Origin: Eledone cirrhosa
Taxonomy: Eukaryota
DNA length: 64,000 bases
Reading direction: 5' to 3'
Assembly: GCA_964016885.1 (NCBI GenBank)
Contig: OZ024741.1
Location: 71,176,001 to 71,240,000 of the forward strand
The translations under genes were made by a program, and so were the position numbers. Shown in pieces: positions 14,478-27,406 of this stretch (positions are counted from its first letter, which is position 1; the number at the start of each line of letters is the position of its first letter). The notes below the pieces were generated by a model. It made no database searches. It was not told where the DNA came from and saw only the letters and a program-made list of their open reading frames with translations.

Positions 14478-15572
14478 TAAAAGATGTAGTGGGATCACAG
14501 GTAAGCTAACTAAGAATATAGATTTTATATGTGGCCGGTGCTCTGGTGCAATAAGTAGCAGCAAGTGCCCACAGCATACTACCTCATTCCATTGCACAGA
14601 TGGTTCTATAGAAATAGTGGACACATTCCGTTACTTGGGTGACAAAATCAGCAGTGGGGGAGGTGTTCTGAAAGTACAGTAGCTAGAGTCAGAACTGGAT
14701 GGAAAAAGTTCAGAGAGCTTATACCACTATTAGCCGCTAAAAGATTCTCTCTAAAAATGAAAGGCTGGCTGTATGATGCCTGCATACGAACAGCAATGTT
14801 ACATGGCAGTGAGATCTGGGCATCGTGTGCAGGGGATATACGCAGACTAGAGAGGAACGAAGCTTGCATGCTCTGCTGGATGTGTAATAGTAATATACGT
14901 GAACGGCAAAGAATTAACGAACTAAGGGAAAAATTAGAAATAAGAGGGATCAGATGTTGTTTACTCGAGAGAAGACTACGTTGGTATGGTCACGTGATGC
15001 GCATGAAAGACGACAGCTGTATAAAAAAGTGCAGGGCAATAAAAATAGACGGTAGCCACGGAGTAGGCAGACCCAGAAAAACCTGGGACGACTTGATAAA
15101 TTCCGACCTCACACACTTACACCTCTCCAAGACAATGTCACTGGACCGAGATCTTTGGCGCTACACACTAATACAGAAGACCCGCCTTACCTAAGTACAA
15201 AGTGAAACCTACTACAGTCAGTAGGCACCTCTAACAAAAATACACCCCCGTCCCACTACCCCCACTCCATCCATACCACCCCTTTCAATGTAAAGTTATG
15301 TTGGTACCACAACATCCAGTCCGAAAGAAATGAAGTTGTGTAGGTGTCACGACAAAAAAAAACACACAGTCCACGCTGTAATGTGGCCATGTAGGTAACA
15401 CGGTAAAAACCTCCCAGTCCACACTGTAAACGTGATTGGTGTTAGGAAGGGCATCCAGCTGTAGAAAACAGATAGTCCTATGCGAGCAAGACAACCACTC
15501 TTGCTTCAAGTGGGAAACTCCCGTCCAAACCCATGCAACCGTGGAAGATGGACGTTAAACGATGATGATGAT
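14478..15572 (+). mobile_element. 5'-truncated RTE LINE, subfamily B
   Basis: Highly similar to 43786-45002; ORF 14757-15194; GAT tail at ~15560. Confidence 0.93.
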
Positions 15573-15587
15573 ATGCATATATATATA

Positions 15588-16407
15588 TCATCATCATCAT
15601 CATCATCAGGTTTAGCGTCCGTGTTCCACGCTTGCATGGGTTTGGACGGGGGTTTTCCCACTTGAGGCAAGAGTGGTTGTCTTGCTCGCATAGGACTGTC
15701 TGGCGGGTTTTCTACAGTTGGATGCCCTTCCTAACACCAACCACATTTACAGTGTGGGGCTGGGAGGTTTTTACCGTGTTGCCTACACGGCCACATTACA
15801 GCGTGGACTGTCTGGCGGGTTTTCTACAGCTGGATGCCCTTCCTAACACCAACCACATTTACAGTGTGGGGCTGGGAGGTTTTTACCGTGTTGCCTACAC
15901 GGCCACATTACAGCGTGGACTGTCTGGCGGGTTTTCTACAGCTGGATGCCCTTCCTAACACCAACCACATTTACAGTGTGGGGCTGGGAGGTTTTTACCG
16001 TGTTGCCTACACGGCCACATTTACAGCGTGGACTGTGTGTTTTTTGTCGTGACACCTACACGATCTCATTTGTTTCGGCCTGGATGTTGTGGGACCAACA
16101 TAACTTTACATTGAAAGGGGCGGTGTGGGTGGGGTGGAGGTGGTGGGACGGGGGTGTGTTTTGATAGAGGTGCCTAGTGACTGTAGTAGGTTTTTACTTT
16201 GTATTTAGGTAAGGCGGGTCTTCTCTATTACTGAGTACCGCCAAAGGTCTCGGTCCAGTGACATTGTCTTGGAGAGGTGTAAGCGTGTGAGGTCGGAATT
16301 TATCAGCTCGTCCCATGTTTTTCTGGGTCTGCCTACTCCGTGGCTACCGTCTATCTTTATTGCCCTGCACTTTGTTATACAGCTGTCGTCTTTCATGCGC
16401 ATCACGT
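15588..16407 (-). mobile_element. 5'-truncated RTE LINE, subfamily B, with three 112-bp 3' UTR units
   Basis: CAT tail at 15588; repeat units start at 15693, 15805 and 15917; RT end VMRMKDDSC...EKTRLT. Confidence 0.93.
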
Positions 16408-16652
16408 CCGAAACAAATAAGGTCGTGTAGGTGTCACGACAAAAAAACACACAGCCCACGCTGTAATGTGGCCGTGTAGGCAACACGGTAAAAACCTCAC
16501 AGTCCACACTGTAAACGTGGTCGGTGTTAGGAAGGGCATAGAAAACACGCCAGACAGTCCTATACGAGCAAGACAACCAATCTTGCCTTAAGTGGGAAAA
16601 CTCCCGTCCAAACCTATGCAAGCGTGGAATATGGACGTTAAACGATGATGAT
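16406..16652 (+). mobile_element. RTE LINE 3' UTR fragment
   Basis: Matches 44628-45002; GAT tail followed by (TA)n. Confidence 0.9.
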
Positions 16653-16689
16653 GATATATACATATATATATATACACATATATATATAC

Positions 16690-16771
<82 letters not shown>

Positions 16772-17539
16772 ACACATATATATTTATATATACATCTTCC
16801 AGAACAACCATAAAAATCGTCTTGGAAGTAAATCTTACATGAAGCCAAGTTGTTACTCAAAAATGGTGTATAGCTGAAAGTATATTTGTTTAATAAGTAC
16901 AATATATTTCTTGACTATGCATAATGACTTGTATCACACAATAAGTGGTCTTTGTGCTAACAATTTACCACTATGGTTTCTTTTTTTTTTTTCTTTGTTC
17001 TATTTATCATCATTATTTTTACATCACCTTTTCCATACTTGCATGGCTTAGATCAGAAATTTTGGAAGCAATGTTCTATGACCAGATGCATTCCCCGATA
17101 CAAACATTTTGTTTTTGTAGTTTTCTGTTTTTAAAGTAAGGTACATATTCCACTGATTTTTTCATATTCAACCACTGAATTGTGGGACATGTTGTTCTGC
17201 AGGACATAAATAAACGTCACGAGTTGCTCAAGCAATATCAATGGGAAGAGAAGACACACTCAGAGACAAACACATATACCTGCATGCATAGAGGCATACA
17301 TAAATACACAGACACACACACAAATGCACACATATATGCACATCAAAACACATACGGTACACTCTGTAAAGTGACTGCTGTTAGAAAGGGCATCCAACTG
17401 TAAGAGTCATGCCAAAAATTGGAATGTAAAAGTGAGATGTGGTCCTCTAACTCATCTAGGAGTAACTCTGAATAAAAACTGATCCAAGGCAACCATAAAA
17501 ACCTATCCAACCCATGTTAGCATGGATAGTGAACCTAAA

Positions 17540-18075
17540 ATGACGACATTCGTCACCTTCTTTTTAACTGTCTGAAAAAAAAGACAGGATGGTCATGGTT
17601 GGAATGATATAGTTCTACCCTAACAAGAATAAAGCACACAACTCTAATTGTTTCAATCCATCACAAGCGAATGGGAGAGTGCCCCTAAGTGGCTGTTTCA
17701 TCTGTTAGAAATAGCAGCCTTTAACTTACACCTAACTGCTTTAAAAACACATTGGATAATAAAAACAGGATGGTCATGGTAGAATGCTTTTGATCATAGG
17801 TCTGCTCCAAACAAGAACAAAACATTACTCTAATTGCTTCAGTCTATTCAAATGGAAAATATGTACTATCCTGAGTCAATGAGAGACTCCAGATGGTTTC
17901 TCCATCTGCTAGAAATAGCAGCCAAAATTCCCTTAAACCACACCAACAACATTTTAAGGCCAGAGTTTTTCCCTATTGTCTGCATCTCCCTACAACTTTC
18001 ATTTACTCCATCATTTTTAACCATGTCTTTACTCTACCATCTTAAAAACAGAGACATTGAATAATGTAGTCAAGA
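17540..18075 (+). repeat. Clustered copies of an old dispersed repeat (probable SINE tail)
   Basis: Recurring 'ctgctagaaatagcagcc' and 'ggatggtcatgg.tggaat' motifs; also at ~19190-19550 and ~21850-21960. Confidence 0.6.
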
Positions 18076-18140
18076 GTATGTAATGTATTTATGTGTGTGT
18101 GTGTGTGTGTGTGCGTGTGCATGCGCGTGCGTGTGTGTTA

Positions 18141-18172
<32 letters not shown>

Positions 18173-19617
18173 AGACCTGTAACTACTGATGGAGTCATTA
18201 GAGCACTATCATGACATATGGTGTGTCTAGGAAACTTTAAACTTGGCAGAGCCCATTCCTTCTCCAGGTCTGAATGCAGCTGTTTTCTTCCAGGAAAGGA
18301 GAGAAAGACAGGTTGGCAGATAGACAGAGTGCTATATATTACTGCCTCCCCACCCCCACCTCACTCCATTCTTCAGAAACCATCATACCAACACTGCTTT
18401 GCTGTTTTGCATATTATTCCTCCATTAATTCTTTATCATTCAACAGAACTAGGTCATCAACATACAGAAGCACCCATGGATGGATACCTATGGGAAGTAC
18501 AGTATGTTGATGAACTCTTAAACTCCTCTCTTATGGCCTGGAGAACTATAAGGAACAAAAGTGAACTGAGAACTCCTGATGTACACCTACATACTGGGAG
18601 GACAGGGAGAAGTTAGCCATACGCAAATATTGGATGAGATAAAAAAAGTATGTAGAAAATTAAATGTAGACAAAAAATCATGATATTTATAAAACAAAAC
18701 TAAATATTTGCCCGAATATTTACATGTTATTAATCTGTAATTATACAGAGTCAGTGGTGGTAGTGGTAGCAGTAGTAGTAGTAGTAGTATTAGTAGCAAC
18801 AGCAACTCAGCTGTCCAACACTAACCAGAAGTAGCTCCTCCTCCTACTACTACTACTATGAAATTAAAAACAGCTGTTTTCTCCAAAGTATATTATCATT
18901 ATTATTATTACTGCTGTGGGGAGGGGAGCTGGAAAATGTGGGTGGGTAATTAAAACCCAGGCTATTGAAAAACAGCTGACCAAGGAGGAAAGTGGAGAAG
19001 CGGGAGGGGGGGGGGGGGGCTTTGAAGTGTCAGAGGTCATTGTATCATGTGATGTTGTTGTTTAGCCCTAGGTCAACTTTGATTGAGCACTGGAGAATTA
19101 TTTCATAAAGAAAAATTGAAAAGAGGAATAGAAAATGCTTAGCTTACAAATAAACAGGAGTCCCAATCCACCAGAGGACAATATATGTAGTCACTTGATT
19201 TGCTAGAAACAGTAGCCTCCACCACAATCCAACAATCTATGTGATCACTCAATCTGCTAGAAATATCGGCCACACTTTTCTTCTATTCAAACCTTACTGT
19301 CTTAAAAGTAACAAAGGATGCACTGAATAATATAATATAGTAATAGATATACTATGTTTGAATAAAAGATAGGATGGTCACAGTTGGAACACCTTTAATC
19401 ATAAGCCTACTGGTGTAGGGTTCATACAGACGTTAATATAAAAAACCACTACAAACATACTCCATTTGCTAGAAATAGAAGCCAAATTTCTCTCAAATTC
19501 AATCCTATAATGGGAGGATACATTGGAAAATGGGGTCCTATATATCATATATAGGATAGGCTTGAGAATGAGCAAAAGGAAAGGCAAATTTGTTGTATGG
19601 AAATGAGACTGGGCACC

Positions 19618-19805
19618 GTGTGTGTGCGTGTGTGTGTATGAGTGTAAGTATGTGTGAGTGTATGTGTGTGAGTGTATGTGTGTGTGAGTACGTGTGTGTG
19701 AGTACGTGTGTGTGAGTACGTGTGTGAGTGTATGTGTGTGTGAGTGTGTGTGAGTGAGTGTGTGTGAGTGTGTGTGAGTGTGTGTGAGTGTGTGTGAGTG
19801 TGTGT
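19618..19805. repeat. (TG)/(TGAG) microsatellite
   Basis: Directly visible. Confidence 0.95.
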
Positions 19806-20204
19806 CTGTCTTTATGTCACATAACTTAGCGGTTCAACAAAAAAGAGATCGATAAAATAACTGCCAGATTTGAAACAATCAGTACTGGGATCGTTTTAAT
19901 CAACTAAATCCCTTCAAAGGTGTGCCACTACATGGCCGCAGTCTAATGACTGAAAACATTAAAAGAATTTACTTTTAATATTTCTATGTTGCATGGTGTC
20001 AAATGTTTTCTCAGCACTTTCTGTGATGAAACCACTGACACAATTATTCCACTGCAACTCAGTGGAATTGTGTCAAGAACCAGGTTCTAGTGAGATTGTG
20101 TCAGTGACCAGGTCACAGAGATATGGCCAGAAATGTTGACACCACTAAAGAATACATGGGAAATTAATCTAACAGGTTTTGTGTGAGTGTTTGAGAGAGT
20201 ATGA

Positions 20205-20248
20205 CTGAGAGAGAGAGTATGCATAAGAGAGAGAGAGAGAGAGTATGC

Positions 20249-20296
<48 letters not shown>

Positions 20297-20340
20297 GAGA
20301 GAGAGGGAGAGAGAGAGAGAGAGAGGGGAGAGAGAGAGAG
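20205..20340. repeat. (GA)n microsatellite
   Basis: Directly visible. Confidence 0.95.
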
Positions 20341-20753
20341 TAAGCATACGAGTGTGTGTGTGTTCTAAATGGCTAAAATGACTTCTATGATGTAATTGCT
20401 TTTATATTTTATAAGGACTAATAATGTGTGTATGTGTGTGTGTGTGTGTGTGTGTTTGAAAAAAAGGAAAAGAATGACTTCACTTGTACTTTGTATTTAT
20501 TCCATAACAATTTAATTTTATAATTTTGTTATGTAGATCTAAGTCCTTTGTTAACTTCAGTGGAAAGTTCTCCAGAGAAAGTTAACCAGGATTTTAAAAA
20601 AAACTTCCCACCGAAGTTAACAAAGGCCTTATTAGATCTACATAGCAAAATTATAAAATTAAATTGTTATAGAATACCAACTACAAAAATGAAATCATTC
20701 TTTTCCTTTTTTCAAATATACCTAACTGTACCAAGGATCTCATGCATTTTCCA

Positions 20754-20784
<31 letters not shown>

Positions 20785-20992
20785 CTTTTCAATTATAAAA
20801 GTGACTTTAGAAAGAAAGAAAATTATTAACTTCTCTTTTTTAACTCTTGATACCACTCTCTGGTTCTATGGTACAGGGCTGTTTATTTTAAAGTGTTTAT
20901 ATTTATCTGAATACCTGCTATCATAATTTTATGTAAGAACTTTTGTTAAATTATGTTCCAAACACCAGTTTGATAAGTAAAATGTTAGTTAT

Positions 20993-21316
20993 AGGCACAT
21001 GGCTTAGTGGTTAGAGCATTGGCCTTGCAATCGAAAGGTTGTGAGTTCAATTCTCAGACCAGGTGATGTGTTGTTTCCTTGAGCAAGACACTTTATTTCA
21101 CATTGCTCCAGTTTACTCAGCTGTAGAAATTAGATGATAGGGACTGGGGTCCCTATCATTCCACTGAAAAGTGGTCGTGGAGGTGCCACGGCAAAAAAGC
21201 ACCCAGCACTCACTGTAAATGAGGTTGGTGTTAGGAAGGGCATCCAGCTGTAGAAATCAAGCCAGAATCAGTTCTCATCCCACCCTTGCAAGCAGGGAAA
21301 AGCGGATGTAAAGTGA
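20993..21316 (+). mobile_element. Full-length tRNA-derived CORE-like SINE with RTE-related tail, nested in an older piggyBac-type MITE
   Basis: A-box 'tggcttagtggttag', B-box 'gagttcaattctc', CORE-like 'ccttgagcaagacactt...cagtttactcagctgtagaaa', tail 'ggttggtgttaggaagggcatccagctgtagaaa' shared with the RTE 3' UTR. Confidence 0.88.
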
Positions 21317-23089
21317 AAAGAAAAAAATTACTTCCAAATTGTCTATTTTCAAAATAATTGAAAATCATGGTCTATGTCCTTCATTAGAAGTATGGTAATG
21401 AAAGGGTTAAGTCTAAAATAGTTGAAGTCCCCTAAATCATAACCTCAGTAACATTAGGGGTCAGATTTGTCAGGATGGAGGGGTGAAGATGCCAAAATAA
21501 GTAAGATTTAAAGAGGGTTAGGTTTAGATAATATAATCCTTGACAAATCTTTAAAGAAGCAAATTAAATCAATTGTCTCATACATATACCTGCACCCCCC
21601 CCCCCTCCACTCACACATGCACGTCCACACATACTTGCATGCCCCCCACATACACAAACATACATGGCCACATACTCACATGCCGTATGCACATCTACAC
21701 ACAACCACATTCACACATACATGCCCCTACATACACACACATGTTGCTACTGAAGGAGACATACTAAACAAAAAGGATTGACACATTCTTAGTAAAATAA
21801 CAACACTCCTTCCTGGCATCTCCAAGCCAACAACGAAACCTCTATGAGGTTGCTTGACCTGCTAGAAAAAGCAGCTAAATACCCTTCAAATTACACCCTA
21901 CTGCATTTTTAAAAAGAAAAAATACATTGAATAATTGTAGTCCTAGATGCACCACTATATTTGAGAAACTGTGGACACAGCATGACCAAATGGTTAAAAA
22001 GTTTGCTTCGCAATTGTTAAGTCTAGGGTTCAATTCTACTGCGTGGCATCTTGGGCAAGTGTCATTTATAATAGCCTTGGGCAGACCCATGCCTTGTGAG
22101 TGAATTTGGGTACTCTTGTATCGCAAATAATATGGGAGGGTGGAATAAGCGGGGTGGGAAGGGAATCAGTAATTTTTCTAGGCTGTCTGTTGATTTTTTT
22201 TAAAAACCAGAATTAGTTGTTTAGTTTACATATTGAGACCGCAACCCATACTATTTATTTTAGAACATATGGAATTTCTAGTAATGTACTTTTTTGTCAT
22301 GTATAATGTTTTTTAATGTCTAAAGAGAATTAATTATCGCAGGAATGCTACCACTTAAAATATAATTTCGCCAGAGATAGATGAGCAAAATTTGATAAGC
22401 TGGGGGGGGGGGGGTTAGAATAAGAGCACAAGGGTTGGAAAAAATCTGAAAAATTGGGGGAGGGGACGATTAATCGAGACCCGGGAGTAGATGGAAACTG
22501 TACCTGTAATTCAAAGGGTCAGTCTTGTCACACACTGTGTTACACTGAATCTCCCTGAGAATTATTTTAAGAGTCCACGTGTTTGTAGAGTGCTCAGGCC
22601 ACTTACACGTTAATATCATGAGCTGGCTGTCCCATTGATCAAACAACTGGAATACTATCATTGAAACTGACTGGGGTCCATTTCATGTCAGAAAAAAATG
22701 AGGGAAGAAGAGAGTCATGTTTAGAATGCCTTTAATCAGAAGTCTGCTCAACTCAGGTGAAACAACTCCAGGCTTCTTTGTATAAGTTAGTTCAATTCTT
22801 TTGATAACAACCCACCTGAGACCACTCTTGTCTATTATACAAAAAACATCCATAGTATTTATATTTAAATTTAAACTTTCAATCATAATTTTAAGTTTGA
22901 ATCTTTTGTTAAATTATGTTCCAAACATCAGCTTAATAATAGAGTTATATTGCTAAACCTATCCAAATTACAGATTATTTTCAAAATTAATTGAAACATA
23001 TGATCAATGTCTTTCATTAGAAATGTGGTAATGGAAGAGTTAAGGACATAAACAGTGTTTTTCATTAGAAATATAGTAACAGAAGGGTT

Positions 23090-23302
23090 AAGTGTGTCAT
23101 GTTCTTGAACAAAACACTTCATTTCAAATTGCTCCAGTCAACTCAGCTGAAAATGAGTACCAGCTGCTGCTGCTGGGGTTAACCCTGCAATGGACTGCCA
23201 TTCAATCTAGGAGAGGAGTTTTGTACTCCTAATCACTTAATGCTAATGAAACCGGGTTAAGCTCCAGCCTGATGAGTCTCTGGACTTAAAACAGACTTTA
23301 AC
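23090..23302 (+). mobile_element. CORE-like SINE, 3' part with a different tail
   Basis: 'ttgctccagtcaactcagctgaaaatgagtacc' then 'ggttaaccctgcaatggact...gaaaccgggttaagctcc'; related minus-strand copy at ~28610-28830. Confidence 0.7.
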
Positions 23303-23331
23303 TAAGTGTTTTTGTAGTTTGATCTACACAT

Positions 23332-23528
23332 CAGGCATGTTAAACTGAGAGTCCCCTGAGGGCCACATGGACCACATATGTGTTGTCTAACGGCCACACA
23401 CGACAACTAATTGCGCACATTACAACTAATTTTACGAAGATAAAACATCCTCACGCTGTAAAAACCTTTGTGCGGGCCGCAGGTGAGCTTGTAGAGGGCA
23501 GCTCGCAGCTGCCTTTTTAACATGCCTG
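23332..23528. mobile_element. hAT (Charlie/Buster-type) MITE
   Basis: TIRs CAGGCATGTTAAA ... TTTAACATGCCTG; 8-bp TSD atcTAcat on the right and atctac(ac)at on the left; subterminal gcgggccgc. Confidence 0.85.
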
Positions 23529-24296
23529 ATCTACATAATTTAGAGAGATAATTATGCAGATAAAACTACAAAAACGCCTTCTTCAGCCTTCAAAAAAGGA
23601 TGACAAGCTACAGTAGACATACATCTTTCTCTGTTGTCTTTTACCCTTTTGATACCAGCCCAGCCAAAACTACCTCTGGTTCTATGATACAAGCCCATCC
23701 ATCATGAAGTCTACCAGCACTACTCATTACTCAATACACCTGAATAGTTTAACATCTCTCAATTCAAGGCTTTTTATTTTATTTTCCTGATTGTCCCATT
23801 ACTCCTTGGACCAAGTGACAGTTTGGTGGTAGATTATCTGTAAAGAGAGAGACTAATGGAAAACAGACAGACTAATGGACAACCAGATGGACAGTCAAAC
23901 AGATAGTCAGAAGGACTGATGGACAGGCACAGATAGACAAAGATACAGACAATCAGACAGACAAACAGAAACAAGCAAGCTGACACCCCATGTTAATAGG
24001 GTATCAGACTGTCAGTGGAGTTGTCAACAAGATATATCATGTCCCACCATTCCCCTTTGCACTGTACATATATAACACACACTTCACTCAACTTTCAGAT
24101 GTCACAAGTGATCCACATGTAAACATGGACACTAAGTAAACACCACATTAAATGATGTGAGCACTATGTAACTGAGAACTGTGTCTTAGTTGAGTGTGTT
24201 GAGTTTCAGTTTCTGGCAGGATATAGCTGGTTTAGACGCTAAAGGGTTAAAGTATAAAAACATCCCATCATAATTTTATGTCAGAATCTTTGTTAA

Positions 24297-24509
24297 CCCT
24301 TTAGCATTTAAACCGGCTGTATCCAGCCAGAATTCTCTCACTTTTCTGTTCAAACCAGCTGTAACTGGTAACTCATACTAATGTTAAGGTATTTTCTCAA
24401 AATAAATAATATCAAAATCTCAGATTCAATATCATGTGAGATAATTATGTGAGGTAAAGCCTTTACCATGAAAATATAGTAAACATAGAGTAATGTAAAT
24501 TCTAAAGGG
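24297..24509. mobile_element. piggyBac-type MITE (inverted relative to the 5082 copy)
   Basis: TTAA|CCCTTTAGCATTTAAACC ... CTAAAGGG|TTAA. Confidence 0.88.
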
Positions 24510-24534
24510 TTAAGCTATGTTTCAAATACCAGCT

Positions 24535-25603
24535 TCATCATCATCAACAACGTTTAATGTCTATCTTCCACGCTAGCATGGATTTAGACGGGAATTTGCC
24601 CTACTTGAGGTAAGATTAGTCGGGTGACCATGTCTCGCTCATATAGGGTTGTCTGGTAGGTTTTCTACAGCAGTGTGGAACTGGGAACTTTTTACCGTGT
24701 TACCTACACGGCCACATTACAGCGTGGACTGTGTGTTTTTTTGTCATAACACCTACATGACCTCATTTATTTTGGACTGGATGTTGTGGTATCAACATAA
24801 CTTTACAGAGAAAGGGTGGTGTTGGTGGGAGTGGGGGGAGTGGAGTAGGGGTAGTGGGATGGGGTATATATTTGGTTAGGAGGTGCCTACTGACTGTAGG
24901 TTTCGCTTTGTACATAGGCAAGGTGGGTCTTCTGTATTACTGCGTAGCGCCAAAGATCTCGGTCCAGTGACATTGTCTTAGAGAGGTGTAAATGTGTGAG
25001 GTCGGAATTTATCAAATCGTCCCAGGTTTTTCTGGGTCTACCTACTCCGTAACTTCCATCAATTTTGATCGCCCTGCACTTTTTTATGCAACTGTCGTCT
25101 TTCATGCACATCACGTGACCATACCAATGGAGTCTTCTCTCAAGTAAACAGCATCTGATCCCTCTTATTCCTAATTTCTCACTTAGTTCATTTATGCTTT
25201 GCCGTTCACGTATATTACTATTACACATCCAATGGAGCATGGATGCTTCGTTCCTGTCCAGTCTGCGCAGATCCTCTGCACACAAAGCCCATGTCTCACT
25301 GCCATGTAACATTGTTGTTCGTATACAGGCATCATACAATCTGCCTTTCATTTTTAGAGAGAAACGTTTAGTGGTCAATAGTGGTATAAGCTCTCTGAAC
25401 TTTTACCATCCCGTTCTGACTCTGGCTACTGTACTTTCAGAACACCCTCCACCACTGCTGATTTTGTCACCCAGGTAACGGAAGGTGTCCACTATTTCTA
25501 TAGAACCATCTGAGCAATAGAAGGAACTAGCATCCTGTGGGCACTTGCTACTTATTGCACTTAAGCATCGGCCACATATAAAATCTACGTTCTGAGATAG
25601 CTT
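24535..25603 (-). mobile_element. 5'-truncated RTE LINE, subfamily B
   Basis: ORF 24887-25378 ([24 protein letters not shown]); CAT tail at 24535. Confidence 0.92.
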
Positions 25604-26399
25604 TAATGATTATTTTCTAAATTATTTAAAAATCATAGGCAGTGTTTTTCATTAGACATATTGATAACAAAAGAGTTCAATAGAAATCAGGTCTAATCAA
25701 GTTGAATTATCCTCATTACATTATATAATATATAGAAGCAGATTCTTCAGCTGTGTCCTAATGAACAAATGTACTATCAGGCCTTATAAACAATAGCTAG
25801 AAAGTGCAGACATGGCTATATGGTTGAGAAGTTTACATTGCTTTCACTTGGTAACATTTAATTTCATTGAGCAACACCTCGAGCAAGTGTCTTTTACAAT
25901 AGTCTTGGATTGACCAATATTTTGTCACTAGAATTTAATAAAAAGAATTTGTGCAGAAGCCCATTGTATATATGTGGTGGGGTATGTATGCATTTACCAT
26001 ATATACACCTATATAAGCCAAGAAATATGACAAAAAAAAATATCTGATAAAATTGGGGGGGGGGGGGGCAGCTTATTTTACCAATTTTCTTCAACTTCAA
26101 GATTTTACATGGATGAGGGGGTTACATTTTTTTTTTTTGGGGGGGGGGGTAAATATTCCACTGGCTTCACTTTTGATGTGAAATTCGTATTTCCGATTGT
26201 TTTTTGATATGTTTGGAATGAATATGGTCTTCAAAACAGTCAGAATTTGGTTAAAAATCATTACATAATGGAGTTGTGAAACAAAAACTAAACTCTAAAA
26301 ACAAAACATTTTGAATATCATCATCATCATTTTACATCCGCTTTTCCCTGCTTGCAAAGAATGTCAAAACCCCACCAACTAAACAATGTATTGATTACC

Positions 26400-26499
26400 T
26401 GCCTTGGCTTATAAACAGGGTTTGGATTTTTGCCTATTTCTAAGACATAAAATAGGGGTTGGCTTATATTTGGATTGGCCTATATTTGAGTATATATGG
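26400..26499. mobile_element. End of a Tc1/mariner-superfamily (pogo/Tc2-like) MITE
   Basis: Repeated 'ggcttata' motifs ending 'ggcctatatttgagtatatatgg', resembling the recalled GGCTTATACTCGAGTATATACGG terminus. Confidence 0.5.
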
Positions 26500-26739
26500 T
26501 GTGTATGTGTATATGTATATATATGTTACTGTGTGTTTGTGCATGTGTGTGTATATATACACTTAGATGTATTATTTTGTTGATGATTCTGTAGGACATC
26601 TATTGTTATATTATTGAGTGATTATTGCATGTATGGTGGGGGGGGGGGGCTATTAGTAAAGTCATAAGCCTTGGTATGGTTTTTACTTTTTTTTTGTTCA
26701 TGTTCATTACTGTTGTTACTGTTGTCGTTATTACTCTTT

Positions 26740-26929
26740 TGGTGGATTGGCAGAATCGGTAGAGCATTGGACAACATGATTTGTGACATAGAGTTGCGGC
26801 CCTTTACGCCATGAGTTCAAATCCCGCCAAGGTTAACTTTGCCTTTCATCCTTACAGGGCCGATAAAATAAAGTACCAGTAATGTGCTGGGTAATTGATG
26901 GCCTTGTGCCAAAAGTAGAAACAATTATT
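26740..26929 (+). mobile_element. Meta/MESC-like SINE
   Basis: Full-length match to the 4888-5078 family. Confidence 0.88.
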
Positions 26930-27301
26930 CTTTTGTCCTTAGTTTCATACTTCAATATTCTAAGTTCAATAACCACAAGAGTTAATTGATATTTTTAATT
27001 AAATCACATCATGCCATATAATTAACCAATGGTTTAATTGGGCCAGCAATAAATTAATCAACAGCTATTTTATTATATTAAAATCAAAATACTTCAATTA
27101 AATAACTCAATTAGTTAATGAATTAGATTTATTCCCATGCACCCCCACCTTAAATATACATGTCACATCCTACTCTCTCTAATCAACACACACACGCTTT
27201 TCATGAAAAATATTCATATTTGCTTTGCCTCTATAGCGTGACTTATCAAACCACTTAAACGTTCAACACTCTGGTCACCTTGTAGGAGACTCCCCTCTCT
27301 C

Positions 27302-27406
<105 letters not shown>

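Noticed and set aside
18218-18616. 132-aa ATG-initiated ORF in non-repeat sequence
   Set aside because: No recognisable motif or convincing splice signals; cannot be supported
20993-21065. tRNA-like sequences with A and B boxes (many copies)
   Set aside because: SINE heads without a complete cloverleaf; not tRNA genes
23262-23300. CTGATGA-gtc-tctg-gac hammerhead-like motif
   Set aside because: No GAAA and no stem I; part of an ordinary SINE tail
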